DNA of 64,000 bases from a virus, in the IMG/VR virus record IMGVR_UViG_3300043331_001676, positions 1 through 64,000 of that record; one strand, given 5' to 3'. The notes under the pieces are model-generated. The model was not told the DNA's origin. It was given only the letters and a program-made list of their open reading frames with translations, and made no database searches. Shown here in pieces: positions 18,994 to 28,047 of this stretch. Both the position numbers and the translations under genes were made by a program. How positions within the stretch are numbered: the first letter of the stretch is position 1; the number at the start of each line of letters is the position of its first letter.

Positions 18994-19852
18994 TCCCTTC
19001 GATGAACCCTTCGACCGCGCCCTTCGACAGGCTCAGGACAGCGCTCAGGAAGTTCTCAGGGCGCAGCCCTGCCCGGCCTGCGGCGGGACCGGCTTTTTCC
19101 GCCTCGATGCCCCGGTCGGTGCGCCCGGCTTTGGCCGCCTGGAAGCCTGCGATCACCCCAACCATACCCCAGTGAGGTTGGCCCGCCTGTCCGGCCTATC
19201 TAGCCTGCTTCCGGCTGAGGCAAAAAAGCGGCTTAAGGACATAAGGTCCAATAGCAAAAATGGCGAGGTCCTGGAGGCGGCCAGGGAGATGATTCGCAAT
19301 CCGCGCGGCTGGTGGCTGTACCTGTACGGCAAGGCTGGCAACGCCAAGAGCGATGTCCTTCTGGCCGTCCACAACGAGATCAATGCCGCAGGCCGGGGTC
19401 CGGCGCTCTACGTTGAATTCACCCGGCTGCTGAACTGGATCACCGAAGCCCACAACGAGAAGGATTATCGCAGCAAATTCCTGGCCGGCGGGGGCGGGAA
19501 AGAGGGGGGGATGCCCGACAGTCTCGGCTACCAGGCCCGCCTGGACCGGATTACGGCCCTCCCGGTCATCCTCATTGACGAATTCGACAAGGCTCGGATG
19601 ACCGACTTCCGGGAAGAGTTCCTGTTCGAGTTCCTGAACACCCGCTGGCGGCAGGCCGTGGCCGGGGAGACGGCCACCCTGTTTGCCGGCCAGACCGCGC
19701 CCATTGACTGGCCCGACCCGATCCGCAGCCGGATTGAAGACGGGCGTTTCAAAGTCGTCCACAACCTGGCCGGCGATGCCCGACGGGCGATGAAAAGAAC
19801 CCTTCGACCCTTCGACTTCGCTCAGGAAGTTCAAGCTCAGGATGGGAGGTGA
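18806..19852 (+). CDS. DnaC/IstB-like AAA+ helicase loader
   Basis: CPACGGTG zinc motif, variant Walker A GKAGNAKS, Walker B ILIDEFD, IRSRI. Confidence 0.8.
   Translation: MDKLDAVISKVYEKTAAITPSSQSSTPTPGKITTLTPDPGSGSILTAAPATGAIQSTDPTQPDPFDEPFDRALRQAQDSAQEVLRAQPCPACGGTGFFRLDAPVGAPGFGRLEACDHPNHTPVRLARLSGLSSLLPAEAKKRLKDIRSNSKNGEVLEAAREMIRNPRGWWLYLYGKAGNAKSDVLLAVHNEINAAGRGPALYVEFTRLLNWITEAHNEKDYRSKFLAGGGGKEGGMPDSLGYQARLDRITALPVILIDEFDKARMTDFREEFLFEFLNTRWRQAVAGETATLFAGQTAPIDWPDPIRSRIEDGRFKVVHNLAGDARRAMKRTLRPFDFAQEVQAQDGR
18995..19063 (+). repeat. Triple-nested REP-like (CGTC-type) unit CCCTTCGACAGGCTCAGGAC; family has more than 12 loci in the window
   Basis: Three CCCTTCGA left halves followed by three CTCAGG right halves; other loci at 2333, 6164, 9358, 11131, 11202, 19800, 32020, 36362, 37008, 38823, 43969, 49462. 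Confidence 0.85.
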
Positions 19853-19855
19853 ACG

Positions 19856-20266
19856 ATGTGGCTCTTTACAACCTTCGGCTTTTTCTCTGTCGTCAAAAAG
19901 CACGGCGACACAGATTTAACCGTTCGCGCTCGTGTGGCCGCCGACCTGGACAATCTCAGAACGCGCGTTCCCGAACTCTCGGAGACTATTGCCACCCCGG
20001 ACCAGGATTACCCGTACCGGGCCACCGTCTCGGCGGTAAACCTGGCTATCGGCCTGGGTGAGGCGATCCAGGAGATTGACTACGATAACTTCAAGGCCGA
20101 GGGACCCATTGGGCCGACACTGGCCCGGCGGCAGGGCTATTTCCGGGCCGGGATGTACAGCCAGGTCTGGATGGGGCTGCATAACCTGCCTTATGAAGCG
20201 GGAAACCCTTCGACCTTGCTGGCCTCTCCGGGCCACTTCGTCTGGACAGGCCCTGATGTCAAGTAA
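19856..20266 (+). CDS. Conserved phage hypothetical protein
   Basis: MWLFT.FGFFSVV..VRAR..DYPYRA..IDYDNFK; GGAGGT RBS. Confidence 0.7.
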   Translation: MWLFTTFGFFSVVKKHGDTDLTVRARVAADLDNLRTRVPELSETIATPDQDYPYRATVSAVNLAIGLGEAIQEIDYDNFKAEGPIGPTLARRQGYFRAGMYSQVWMGLHNLPYEAGNPSTLLASPGHFVWTGPDVK

Positions 20267-20483
20267 ACGCCGCCGGCGCAGGCGCGAGTGCGAGGGCAAG
20301 CAGCGCTTCGAGAGTCCCGAAGCGGCAGGCCGGATGATCGGCTGGCTGGCCCGCATTGGCCGGCTCAGGCCCGGCACCCACGCCTACCCCTGCGATTTCG
20401 GCAACCACTGGCACATTGGCCGGGGCAGGAGAGGGCTGCGCCGGCAGCGGATCAAGAGCTGGCAGTGGAATATGGGAGTATGA
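20256..20483 (+). CDS. Small basic zinc-binding phage protein
   Basis: C.GKQRF...AYPCDFGNHWHIG. Confidence 0.65.
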   Translation: MSSKRRRRRRECEGKQRFESPEAAGRMIGWLARIGRLRPGTHAYPCDFGNHWHIGRGRRGLRRQRIKSWQWNMGV

Positions 20484-20484
20484 G

Positions 20485-21786
20485 ATGACTTTAGTAAAAC
20501 AAACCAACCGCCGTATCTCTTTTTTTGACGACCAGCGCTTAACTCAGAGCGAGGCTATCGAGCTGACCGCGCAGGCGCTTATCTACTACATCGGCCAGTA
20601 CCCGGACGTGGTTGTGTCCTATTCCGGCGGCAAAGACAGCACGTCTTTGCTGACCCTGCTCCTGGTTCTGATCGAAGCCGGGCGGGTGCCCCGGCCCAGG
20701 TCGCTGCGGGTGCTCCTGGCTAATACGCGGGTCGAACTGCCCCTGCTGCACCTGGCGGCCCTCCAGATCATGCAGATCGTGCGAGAAAAGGGCTACCTGG
20801 CACAGGTGGTCGAGCCTCCCCTGGATGACAGGTTTTTTGTGCGCATGTTCGGCTTTGGCTATCCACCCCCACACAATGGCTTTCGCTGGTGCACCGATCT
20901 CTTAAAACTCAAGCCGATGCTGACCGCGCTATTAGCGGCGCGCCAGGCTGCCGGCCAGAAATTTCTGGCCTTGACCGGGATGCGTATTGGGGAATCAGCC
21001 ATGCGCGATCAGCGGATTGTCCTGGCCTGTGGCAGCAAGGATGGCGAGTGCGGCCAGGGAGCTATCCTGGCCCAGGCCCAGGAGAAGGCCAGGAAGGGTG
21101 GGGATAAATTTGGCCTGTACGAAAGCTCCCCGATCTCTTACCTTTTTACCCACACCCCGGCCAGTGAACCCGCCGATGTGCTTTCGCCCTTGCTTCACTG
21201 GCGTGTCTGCCATGTGGCCGACTGGCTGATGCTGGAAGCGCCTTCCTACGGCTTCCCCACCCATCGTGTGCTGGAAGCTTACGGGGCGGGCGTGGGCGAT
21301 AGTGAACCGCTCGAGGCCCGCACCGGCTGCATCGCCTGCCCGGTCGCGGGTAACGGCGATCCGGTCCTGGTCAAGACCACCAGGCTGCCGGGCTGGGAGT
21401 ACCTGCGGCCCCTGCTGCGCCTGCGCGACCTGTACAACGAACTATCCAGGCCGAAGTACCGTCTCAAAAAGTCCGGCGAGCGCAACAAGGACGGCAAGTT
21501 ATCCTCCCGGCCCAACCGGGGCGGACCACTTTTATTTGAGTCACGCCTGTATGGGATGGAGCAGGTATTGCGGATCCAGGCCGAGGTGAATGAAGGCGCG
21601 CGAGCTGCGGGCCGGCCCGAGCTGGTCTTGATCAGCGACGAGGAAAAGACCCGCATCCTGGAACTTATCGAGGCTGAAACCTGGCCTCAGAAATGGAGCG
21701 GGGATGATCTCCGGGGGGATGCGCTGGTAGACCTGGTGGTAGGCGAAGGATTGACCCAGCCGGTTTTGGCCGGGCTGAAAATATAA
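20485..21786 (+). CDS. DndC-like phosphoadenosine-phosphosulfate reductase family protein
   Basis: PP-loop SYSGGKDS, GYPPP..FRWCTD.LK..PM, G.R.GES..R, ARTGCIAC. Confidence 0.85.
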   Translation: MTLVKQTNRRISFFDDQRLTQSEAIELTAQALIYYIGQYPDVVVSYSGGKDSTSLLTLLLVLIEAGRVPRPRSLRVLLANTRVELPLLHLAALQIMQIVREKGYLAQVVEPPLDDRFFVRMFGFGYPPPHNGFRWCTDLLKLKPMLTALLAARQAAGQKFLALTGMRIGESAMRDQRIVLACGSKDGECGQGAILAQAQEKARKGGDKFGLYESSPISYLFTHTPASEPADVLSPLLHWRVCHVADWLMLEAPSYGFPTHRVLEAYGAGVGDSEPLEARTGCIACPVAGNGDPVLVKTTRLPGWEYLRPLLRLRDLYNELSRPKYRLKKSGERNKDGKLSSRPNRGGPLLFESRLYGMEQVLRIQAEVNEGARAAGRPELVLISDEEKTRILELIEAETWPQKWSGDDLRGDALVDLVVGEGLTQPVLAGLKI

Positions 21787-21818
21787 AAGATAGTGAGATA
21801 TTTTACAGGAGGTGCAAT

Positions 21819-22958
21819 ATGACCAATCAAATTCAAACGACGCCAATCACAATACCGCTGGCCAAATTAAAAACAGGCCGGTACCAGCAGCGCAAGGCGT
21901 TTGATGTAGCCGAGATGGGCGGCCTGGCCCGGACAATAAAAGCCGGCAAGCTAATGTTTCCACCTATGGTTATGGCAGTCAACGGCCATTATGAGCTGAT
22001 TGCCGGCGACCGGCGTCGGCGCGCGCTGTATGCCCTGGCCCTGGAATCAGACGGCATGGGGATGGACCAGGCTTTAACCCTGGTTTGCAGTCCGACCGTA
22101 GACCAACTGCCGGACCGCTTCCCGGTGCTGCACAAGATAACAGTGCAGGTCAATCTGAGCCAGGAAACCGACCCTGCCACCCTGCAAACCCTGGCAGCAA
22201 TCGAGAACCTGCAACGGGTTGATTTGACCCCACTGGAGAAAGCAGTGGGGTTTCAAAGTCTGCTCGATGACGGCCTGACCCTGGCCGAGGTTGTCGAGCG
22301 TACCGGCGAAAAAGCCTCTTCCATCAAGCGCTATCTGGCCCTGCTCTCGCTGCCGGAGCCTGTTCAGGAACATTTCGACAAGCGGCGTATCCCCCTTGAT
22401 GTCCTGAAAGAACTGAGCGGGCTGCCCAAAGAAGTACAAATCCAGGTAGCCGAAAAGATGGCAGGCCGCAAAAGTAGTGAAATCAAGGCGCTGGTCAAGA
22501 TGGTTCAGAAGCGGCTGTCTAACTCGCCTCGTGCAACCCCCGGTAACGGATTATCAACGCTGCCGGCGTCGGAAACGGAAGGGGTATCGCTCGGTCTGGA
22601 TAGTACAGAAGTGGAAGCCAATGCGATAGAAACCCGGCCCGCCTCGATTCGGGAGCAGTTGGCCGGGGCGAAGGAGATAATCTCCAAACTCACCATGCAG
22701 CTTCACCTGGATAGCCGGTTACTTAGAATGTGCGCGGAAGAGTTAATTGCTTGCACTCCCGACTCGCGCGTAGCGCTGATAGCCAACGCCAGAGCTGAGC
22801 AAATCGAGCGGTCAATCAAGCTGCGCAAGCGGCAGCCGCCGGTGGCCCAGGTGCAGCGTGGTCTAAAGATCGAGCGCTTCATGGAGAAGCGGCAGCGTGG
22901 CATCAGGCTTCGTCCTGAAGCTCAGCCCGAAGGGAGGCGAGATGCCCAACCTGGTTGA
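21819..22958 (+). CDS. ParB/Spo0J-family protein
   Basis: YQQRK.F, YELIAGDRRRRA, IENLQRVDLTPLE, HTH. Confidence 0.85.
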   Translation: MTNQIQTTPITIPLAKLKTGRYQQRKAFDVAEMGGLARTIKAGKLMFPPMVMAVNGHYELIAGDRRRRALYALALESDGMGMDQALTLVCSPTVDQLPDRFPVLHKITVQVNLSQETDPATLQTLAAIENLQRVDLTPLEKAVGFQSLLDDGLTLAEVVERTGEKASSIKRYLALLSLPEPVQEHFDKRRIPLDVLKELSGLPKEVQIQVAEKMAGRKSSEIKALVKMVQKRLSNSPRATPGNGLSTLPASETEGVSLGLDSTEVEANAIETRPASIREQLAGAKEIISKLTMQLHLDSRLLRMCAEELIACTPDSRVALIANARAEQIERSIKLRKRQPPVAQVQRGLKIERFMEKRQRGIRLRPEAQPEGRRDAQPG

Positions 22959-24303
22959 TGAAGCAGTCCGCCAACTTGATACAGCCCTGGTCTGGCTCGA
23001 AGTACCGCAAGGCAACCGTCGCTATGGGTGGCATCGGCAGGAAGATGCGGTTCTGCGCCGGTGGTGGGGGAAAATTCCCCGGCCCGAACTGGCCCGGCGC
23101 GTTACCGGCGCGCTGCGTCAGGCAACCGGAGACAATCAAGCCGAACGGAGCATCAATGCCTGCATGAACCGGGCCGCTGAATTGGCCCTTGTCGCCTATG
23201 ACGGTGAGCCGGGGGAAACTTATCTCAAGCGGCTTTGCGAGGAGTCGAATGCCCCCTATGAAATGGCGCACAAGTCGGTCAGAGACGGCGAACTGGCCGC
23301 GACGAAAAAAGGCAAGAAACTGTACGTCACCGACCTGGCCTGGGCGCTGTGGCTGACAAGCTACCGTGAACGGCTGCTCACTCAAGGCGAGGTTCTGAAC
23401 GCGCTTGAAGGCGAAGTGGTCCTGACCAAGCGTGAGGCAATGAAATTTACCTGCCTGTCTGAAACTCATCTCGCCCGGTATTTACAGACCGGGGTTATCC
23501 AGGCGTGGCTGCTGCCGGGTATCAAAACCGGCAGGCCGGGAGAGTGGCTGGTGAGTAAAGCTTCAGCCGAAGCTTTTGTTCAGGCGCGTTCAGAAGGCCG
23601 GCTGCGGGCGCTGCTAGATCAAAACCCGAAGTATGTAGCCTTGAGAAACCAATTGACCGGCCAAATTGGCGGGCTGCGCCGGGCCGGCCGGTTAAACGAT
23701 GCCGACCCTCTGACAGAGCCGCAAAGCCTTTACCATCCCGGCTGCTTCACCATCAAGCAGGTGGCCTCTCACCTGGACCTATCTACCCAGGCCGTGCACG
23801 AGGCAATTGCCACTGGCCGGGTCAAAGCAAAAATCATCGTTAAAGGCGGCCGGCCACGCTACGCGATCACGCCGGAGGAGGCCCGGCGCTACGCCGGGCA
23901 GGTAAAGAGCCAGTCTGATACCGCTATCCGGCGCGACACCTGGTATCTGCGCCAGATTAAAGAGGCGAGACTGCTTACGGTACGCGACCTGGCCGAGCGC
24001 TGGCATAGATCGGAAGCGACGGTTCTTTTATGGGCCAAAAAAGCGGGTCTGCCGCGCCGCCGCTGGGGCCGGTACTGGGTCTTTGAACCGGAAGCTCTTG
24101 CTTCATTTGAAGCCACTAATTTCTTGACCCTGAGCGACCTGGCCCAGCGGTGGGGTAAATCTCCCGCTACGGCCGGGTTGTGGACCCGGCAGGCCGGATT
24201 ACCCAGACGCCGGTGGGGCCGGGGGTGGGTATTTGAGCTTGACGTTATCACCTCGTTTGAAACCAGGAAGGGAATTCAGGGTGAAGCAGTTAGATTTTCT
24301 TGA
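22942..24303 (+). CDS. Protein with tandem excisionase/MerR-like HTH domains
   Basis: At least 4-5 units: LTKREAMKF, FTIKQVASHL, LTVRDLAERW, LTLSDLAQRW; GGAGG RBS. Confidence 0.7.
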   Translation: MPNLVDEAVRQLDTALVWLEVPQGNRRYGWHRQEDAVLRRWWGKIPRPELARRVTGALRQATGDNQAERSINACMNRAAELALVAYDGEPGETYLKRLCEESNAPYEMAHKSVRDGELAATKKGKKLYVTDLAWALWLTSYRERLLTQGEVLNALEGEVVLTKREAMKFTCLSETHLARYLQTGVIQAWLLPGIKTGRPGEWLVSKASAEAFVQARSEGRLRALLDQNPKYVALRNQLTGQIGGLRRAGRLNDADPLTEPQSLYHPGCFTIKQVASHLDLSTQAVHEAIATGRVKAKIIVKGGRPRYAITPEEARRYAGQVKSQSDTAIRRDTWYLRQIKEARLLTVRDLAERWHRSEATVLLWAKKAGLPRRRWGRYWVFEPEALASFEATNFLTLSDLAQRWGKSPATAGLWTRQAGLPRRRWGRGWVFELDVITSFETRKGIQGEAVRFS

Positions 24304-24574
24304 GATCGTGCAAAAGACCTCGTTCGACTTCAAACACCACCCTGATCCCGAAATGGTTTTTGGTGATTTAAAAGTGGGCGACTGGTTTCAGATAATTACC
24401 TGGGTTAGCGGGGAATGGCACACGATTTCTGAGGTTTTTGTTCGGGTGGATCAATCTGATGTTTCATTTCCTAACAGCATCGCTCTTGAACGCGACAGGC
24501 GGTATCCTTACCGGCTCGCCACAACCTCATTTTTTAAAGATGTGCCGGTCAGGCTGGTAATAAAATCTGCATAA
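24281..24574 (+). CDS. Hypothetical protein
   Basis: GTG start with AAGGG upstream. Confidence 0.5.
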   Translation: MKQLDFLEIVQKTSFDFKHHPDPEMVFGDLKVGDWFQIITWVSGEWHTISEVFVRVDQSDVSFPNSIALERDRRYPYRLATTSFFKDVPVRLVIKSA

Positions 24575-24604
24575 TTCAAGTAAAAAGAGACGAAGGATCC
24601 CAAT

Positions 24605-24865
24605 ATGTCCCCTCTCCGAATCCAGCAAAAAATAGTCCACCTCAGCCGGCTGCTCAGAGACCTCTCGATGCGCTATACCATCGCCTGCCTGGGGGATGAG
24701 CACGAGGAGGCCCGCCGGCTGGGGGCCGAGGCTCACGAGATCCGTTTTGAGATTTTGCGGCTCAAGCGCGCCTACCAGGATGAAGTGTCGCTCAGGGCAG
24801 AGCAGGCGGCGGCGGTGGCCGAAGCCTGCCGGATCATGGGAGCCGTGGCAGATACCCGGTCATAA
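24605..24865 (+). CDS. Hypothetical protein
   Basis: AAGGA RBS. Confidence 0.6.
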   Translation: MSPLRIQQKIVHLSRLLRDLSMRYTIACLGDEHEEARRLGAEAHEIRFEILRLKRAYQDEVSLRAEQAAAVAEACRIMGAVADTRS

Positions 24866-24892
24866 TCTTTATCCAAAGCACAAGGAGGCTTT

Positions 24893-25504
24893 ATGAACGC
24901 AATCACTCTCAAGCAAAGCCTGGTCGAGGCATTACGCGATAAATCCGGCCTGGAGCAGCACCGGCCCTACCTGGGGATGAGCAGTATCTACTACTGCCCG
25001 CGCAAGCTCTATTTTGATTTTGTCGAGGGCCGGCAGTCATTTACGGATAGGGATCACTATTACTGCTGGCTGGGCTATATGTACGAGGACAGGCTCAAGC
25101 AGCTTCTGGGCGAACAGGTCCAGTATAGGCCCATCGAGATCGTGGCCGAGTGGGATGCGCGCTTCCGGGGACACGCCGACTACCAGTTCGACAGCGCCCT
25201 GGTCGAGATCAAGTCTACCAACTGGGACAAGTATCAGAAGATCGTCGCCGACCGCAGGCCCGACCCGGCTCACGTGGCCCAGGTCCAGATGTATCTCCGC
25301 CACGGCGGCTGGCCGGCCTGCTTCATGATCTATATCGCGCGGGATGTGCCGCCGCGCGAGTGGCAGGCATTCCCGCTCTGGATTTTTGAGATCGGGCCGG
25401 ACCCGGCCCTGGCTGACACGCTGGACCAGAAGGCCCGTCGTATCCTGATGGCCGTAGATAAAGGGCTTCCGCCGAACTGCATTTGTAACTGGTGCCGGCG
25501 GTAG
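24893..25504 (+). CDS. Cas4-like PD-(D/E)xK exonuclease
   Basis: YCPRKLY, GHAD, VEIKS, QVQMY, terminal CICNWC. Confidence 0.85.
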   Translation: MNAITLKQSLVEALRDKSGLEQHRPYLGMSSIYYCPRKLYFDFVEGRQSFTDRDHYYCWLGYMYEDRLKQLLGEQVQYRPIEIVAEWDARFRGHADYQFDSALVEIKSTNWDKYQKIVADRRPDPAHVAQVQMYLRHGGWPACFMIYIARDVPPREWQAFPLWIFEIGPDPALADTLDQKARRILMAVDKGLPPNCICNWCRR

Positions 25505-25555
25505 GGTGGAATTCCAAACGCGCGTTTTGATTTCTTGTAGCCATAGGATTATCCG

Positions 25556-26209
25556 ATGAAGAACCCACAGATAGACACCTTACTGCAAGCAGCCAGAGCC
25601 ACTAACATTCCAGCCGCCTGGTCTGGCGGCTGGTTTGTCGAGAAAACCCAACTCAAATTGCCGCAGCCTGTCTCGTACAGAGGGGGGATAAGGCTCCTGT
25701 CACCCGGAATCTACACGGCTCTTTTCCGAATGACCGACTCGACCATGATGAATTGGCCGCCGGGCGAGGTCGTAATGGAAGATACGCCCTTCGAGTTAAA
25801 AACCCATCTTGAGTTTATGCTCAAAGCAAGGGGCAGCATCCTTGTGACCGGCCTCGGCCTGGGCTGCGTCACGCGCGGCCTGCTGGCAAATCCAGCCGTG
25901 AACCATGTCACCTGCATCGAGAAATCAGCCGACGTTCTAAAGCTGGTGCAGCCTTATATGCCCCAGACCAACCGGCTGTCCATCATCCACGCCGATGCCC
26001 TGGAGTGGACAACGACGACAACTCAAACCTTTGACTACGCCTGGCACGACATATGGTCGAATCGAGATGCCGGCGAGCCTCATCTTGATGAGCTGCACAC
26101 TCATCTAATTTTCAACTGCCGCGACAAAGTGAGGAACCAGGGCGCGTGGAAATACGCACGAGAAGCCAAACGGTTCCTGGCAGCTAAACAGATGAAGCTG
26201 ATGGCTTAA
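25556..26209 (+). CDS. Class I SAM-dependent methyltransferase (spermidine-synthase-like)
   Basis: ILVTGLGLG, VTCIEKS, IIHADA, FDYAWHDIW. Confidence 0.8.
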   Translation: MKNPQIDTLLQAARATNIPAAWSGGWFVEKTQLKLPQPVSYRGGIRLLSPGIYTALFRMTDSTMMNWPPGEVVMEDTPFELKTHLEFMLKARGSILVTGLGLGCVTRGLLANPAVNHVTCIEKSADVLKLVQPYMPQTNRLSIIHADALEWTTTTTQTFDYAWHDIWSNRDAGEPHLDELHTHLIFNCRDKVRNQGAWKYAREAKRFLAAKQMKLMA

Positions 26210-26220
26210 TATCAAAATCC

Positions 26221-26406
26221 GGGCCGGTGAGGCAGCAAGCCGCCGGCAACACCCAGGCTGCAAAACAAAGACCCCCACACCAGGAATAACCCGGTGTAGG
26301 GGACGGTCACAGAACGACCGGAGCGGGCAGAGCGGGGAGTATGGGAAGGGTCGGGAGAGTACGCTCGCCTTCACGGTCGAGAGTACGGCACTAACGAGAG
26401 TGCCGG
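26221..26406 (+). ncRNA. Candidate structured non-coding RNA
   Basis: About 190-nt gene-free gap with five predicted hairpins and a recurring GAGAGTAC motif; no known family recognised. Confidence 0.3.
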
Positions 26407-26534
26407 GAGGGTGATTGTGACTGATCTCATCCTACAACCAATTGGTTTGCTGTTCAACCCCAATTATTGGGGGTACTAAGGATAAGTTCGCAGGCCGGTC
26501 TCCCAGAATTATAAACGAGTGTTAGGAGATTTAA

Positions 26535-26918
26535 GTGATGCCATTTTCTCAAGAGGACCTTATCAGGGGCTTCGGCGACAAACTGTTTGGCCTGCTCACA
26601 ATGACCCAGGCCGACCTGGAAGCGATCCAGGCGCGGGTAGAGGCGGCGACACCGGGGCCGTGGGAAGGGCGACCAAGGCTTTTGCATAATGGTCGGGAGA
26701 TAAGCTGCGAGATCGTGGGGAATATACATCCCGGCTGGGCTACCCCGGTCTGTCAGCTTTCACCCGGCTTTGCCTGGTACGAAAATGACAAAGATTTTTT
26801 GACCAGTGCCCGCACCGACATCCCCGCCCTCCTGGCCGAGATCGAGGCCCTGCGCCGGGCCTGCTACCATTACGCTACCCAGATGGGGCGATGGGGTGAG
26901 AAGGGCAAGAAAAAATGA
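26535..26918 (+). CDS. Ead/Ea22-like phage protein
   Basis: AATPGPW...DFLTSARTDIPALLAEIEALR. Confidence 0.75.
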   Translation: MMPFSQEDLIRGFGDKLFGLLTMTQADLEAIQARVEAATPGPWEGRPRLLHNGREISCEIVGNIHPGWATPVCQLSPGFAWYENDKDFLTSARTDIPALLAEIEALRRACYHYATQMGRWGEKGKKK

Positions 26919-28033
26919 CCGGCTACTTCGGCGTCATCGGCAACCGCGACTACATCAAGATCAAGGGTGAGCGCCGGCCCTTCTGGGAGTTCCTGGACCG
27001 GCAGCCGGCCGGCTGGCTGTGCTCGCTGGCCTACAGTAGAACTGATGTGCCGGCTGCGCCGATGATCTGGGACTGCGGAGCCTGGAGCTACAAGGCCCAG
27101 GAATCGCCCCGGCTGGGCAAAACAGAAGTCACCCCGGCCTGGGCTGCCGGCCAGTATACCCAACTGGCCCGCCCCGGCGATTTCGCCGTCGCCCCCGACC
27201 ATATGCTTATCCCCTTCGCGGGGGTGGACATCGAGGCTCGCCGGCACTTCAACCGCGCCTCGGCCCTGACCTTCATCGAACTCTGCCCGGCCCACCTGCG
27301 CCCGATGGCCGCCGTCCACGGCCTGAGTTTGGCTGAACGAATCGAGAACGCGCGTTTTCTTATGGATGCCGGCTACCACACGCTGGCCCTGGGCGGCCTC
27401 GCGGGGCAGGCGAATAAACGACAGATGATTTTTGAAGTGGTCGGCGCGATCCGCCGTGAATTCCCCGGCGTCTGGCTGCATGTCCTGGGCCTGTCGTCGC
27501 CGGGCTATGCGGCTGAGTGGCAGCGAATAGGGGTGGACAGTTTCGACGGGGCCAGCCACTTCAAGCAAGCCTTCACTGCCGGCAAGTTCTTTATGGAGCA
27601 GGACGGCAAGCTCGCCGGCTACCAGGCGGCCCGGCCTGGCCAGCCTGTCACGGCCCCGGCTTGCGACTGCCTGGCCTGCCTGCGGCTGCGGGCTGAAGGC
27701 GTGGACACCCGGAGCTACGGCTCCAACGAGCATAATATGGGCCGGGCCGCGCACAATCTGAACCAGTTGATGAGGGCTATTGACATCCAGGCCGTGCGCT
27801 CCCCCAGTTTCCCGCTAGATTGCCCGACCGGGGCAGCCGGCCGGCGAGATAACCGCTTGCCGCGCCACTGCGCGGGCTGCCGGTCCTTTCAGGAGAAGGG
27901 CGGCCTACGATGTGTGTACCCTGATTTTGCCAACGATCATCTTGAATTCATCCAGGCTCACCTGGCTCGGACTGGATCGCTGAAAGAGATCGAGTGGACC
28001 CTGCGTGGTGATAACCGGCCCGGGGTCAGGTAA
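26915..28033 (+). CDS. dpdA: DpdA-like DNA guanine transglycosylase (TGT fold)
   Basis: DCGAWSY, APDH, AVHG, LALGGL, LHVLGL, VDSFDGAS nucleophile motif, CDCLAC...HNL zinc site. Confidence 0.8.
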   Translation: MTGYFGVIGNRDYIKIKGERRPFWEFLDRQPAGWLCSLAYSRTDVPAAPMIWDCGAWSYKAQESPRLGKTEVTPAWAAGQYTQLARPGDFAVAPDHMLIPFAGVDIEARRHFNRASALTFIELCPAHLRPMAAVHGLSLAERIENARFLMDAGYHTLALGGLAGQANKRQMIFEVVGAIRREFPGVWLHVLGLSSPGYAAEWQRIGVDSFDGASHFKQAFTAGKFFMEQDGKLAGYQAARPGQPVTAPACDCLACLRLRAEGVDTRSYGSNEHNMGRAAHNLNQLMRAIDIQAVRSPSFPLDCPTGAAGRRDNRLPRHCAGCRSFQEKGGLRCVYPDFANDHLEFIQAHLARTGSLKEIEWTLRGDNRPGVR

Positions 28034-28047
28034 TTGGAGTTAAAGTT

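Noticed and set aside
20485-21786. Complete Dnd phosphorothioation system or sulfate-assimilation auxiliary gene
   Set aside because: No dndA/B/D/E, ssp or cys pathway genes in the window.
21819-22958. ParABS plasmid-prophage partition system
   Set aside because: No ParA and no canonical TGTTTCACGTGAAACA parS seen; an integrase is present.
24893-25504. Cas4-like gene as evidence of a CRISPR-Cas system
   Set aside because: No other cas genes and no repeat-spacer array seen; solo Cas4-like nucleases are common in phages.
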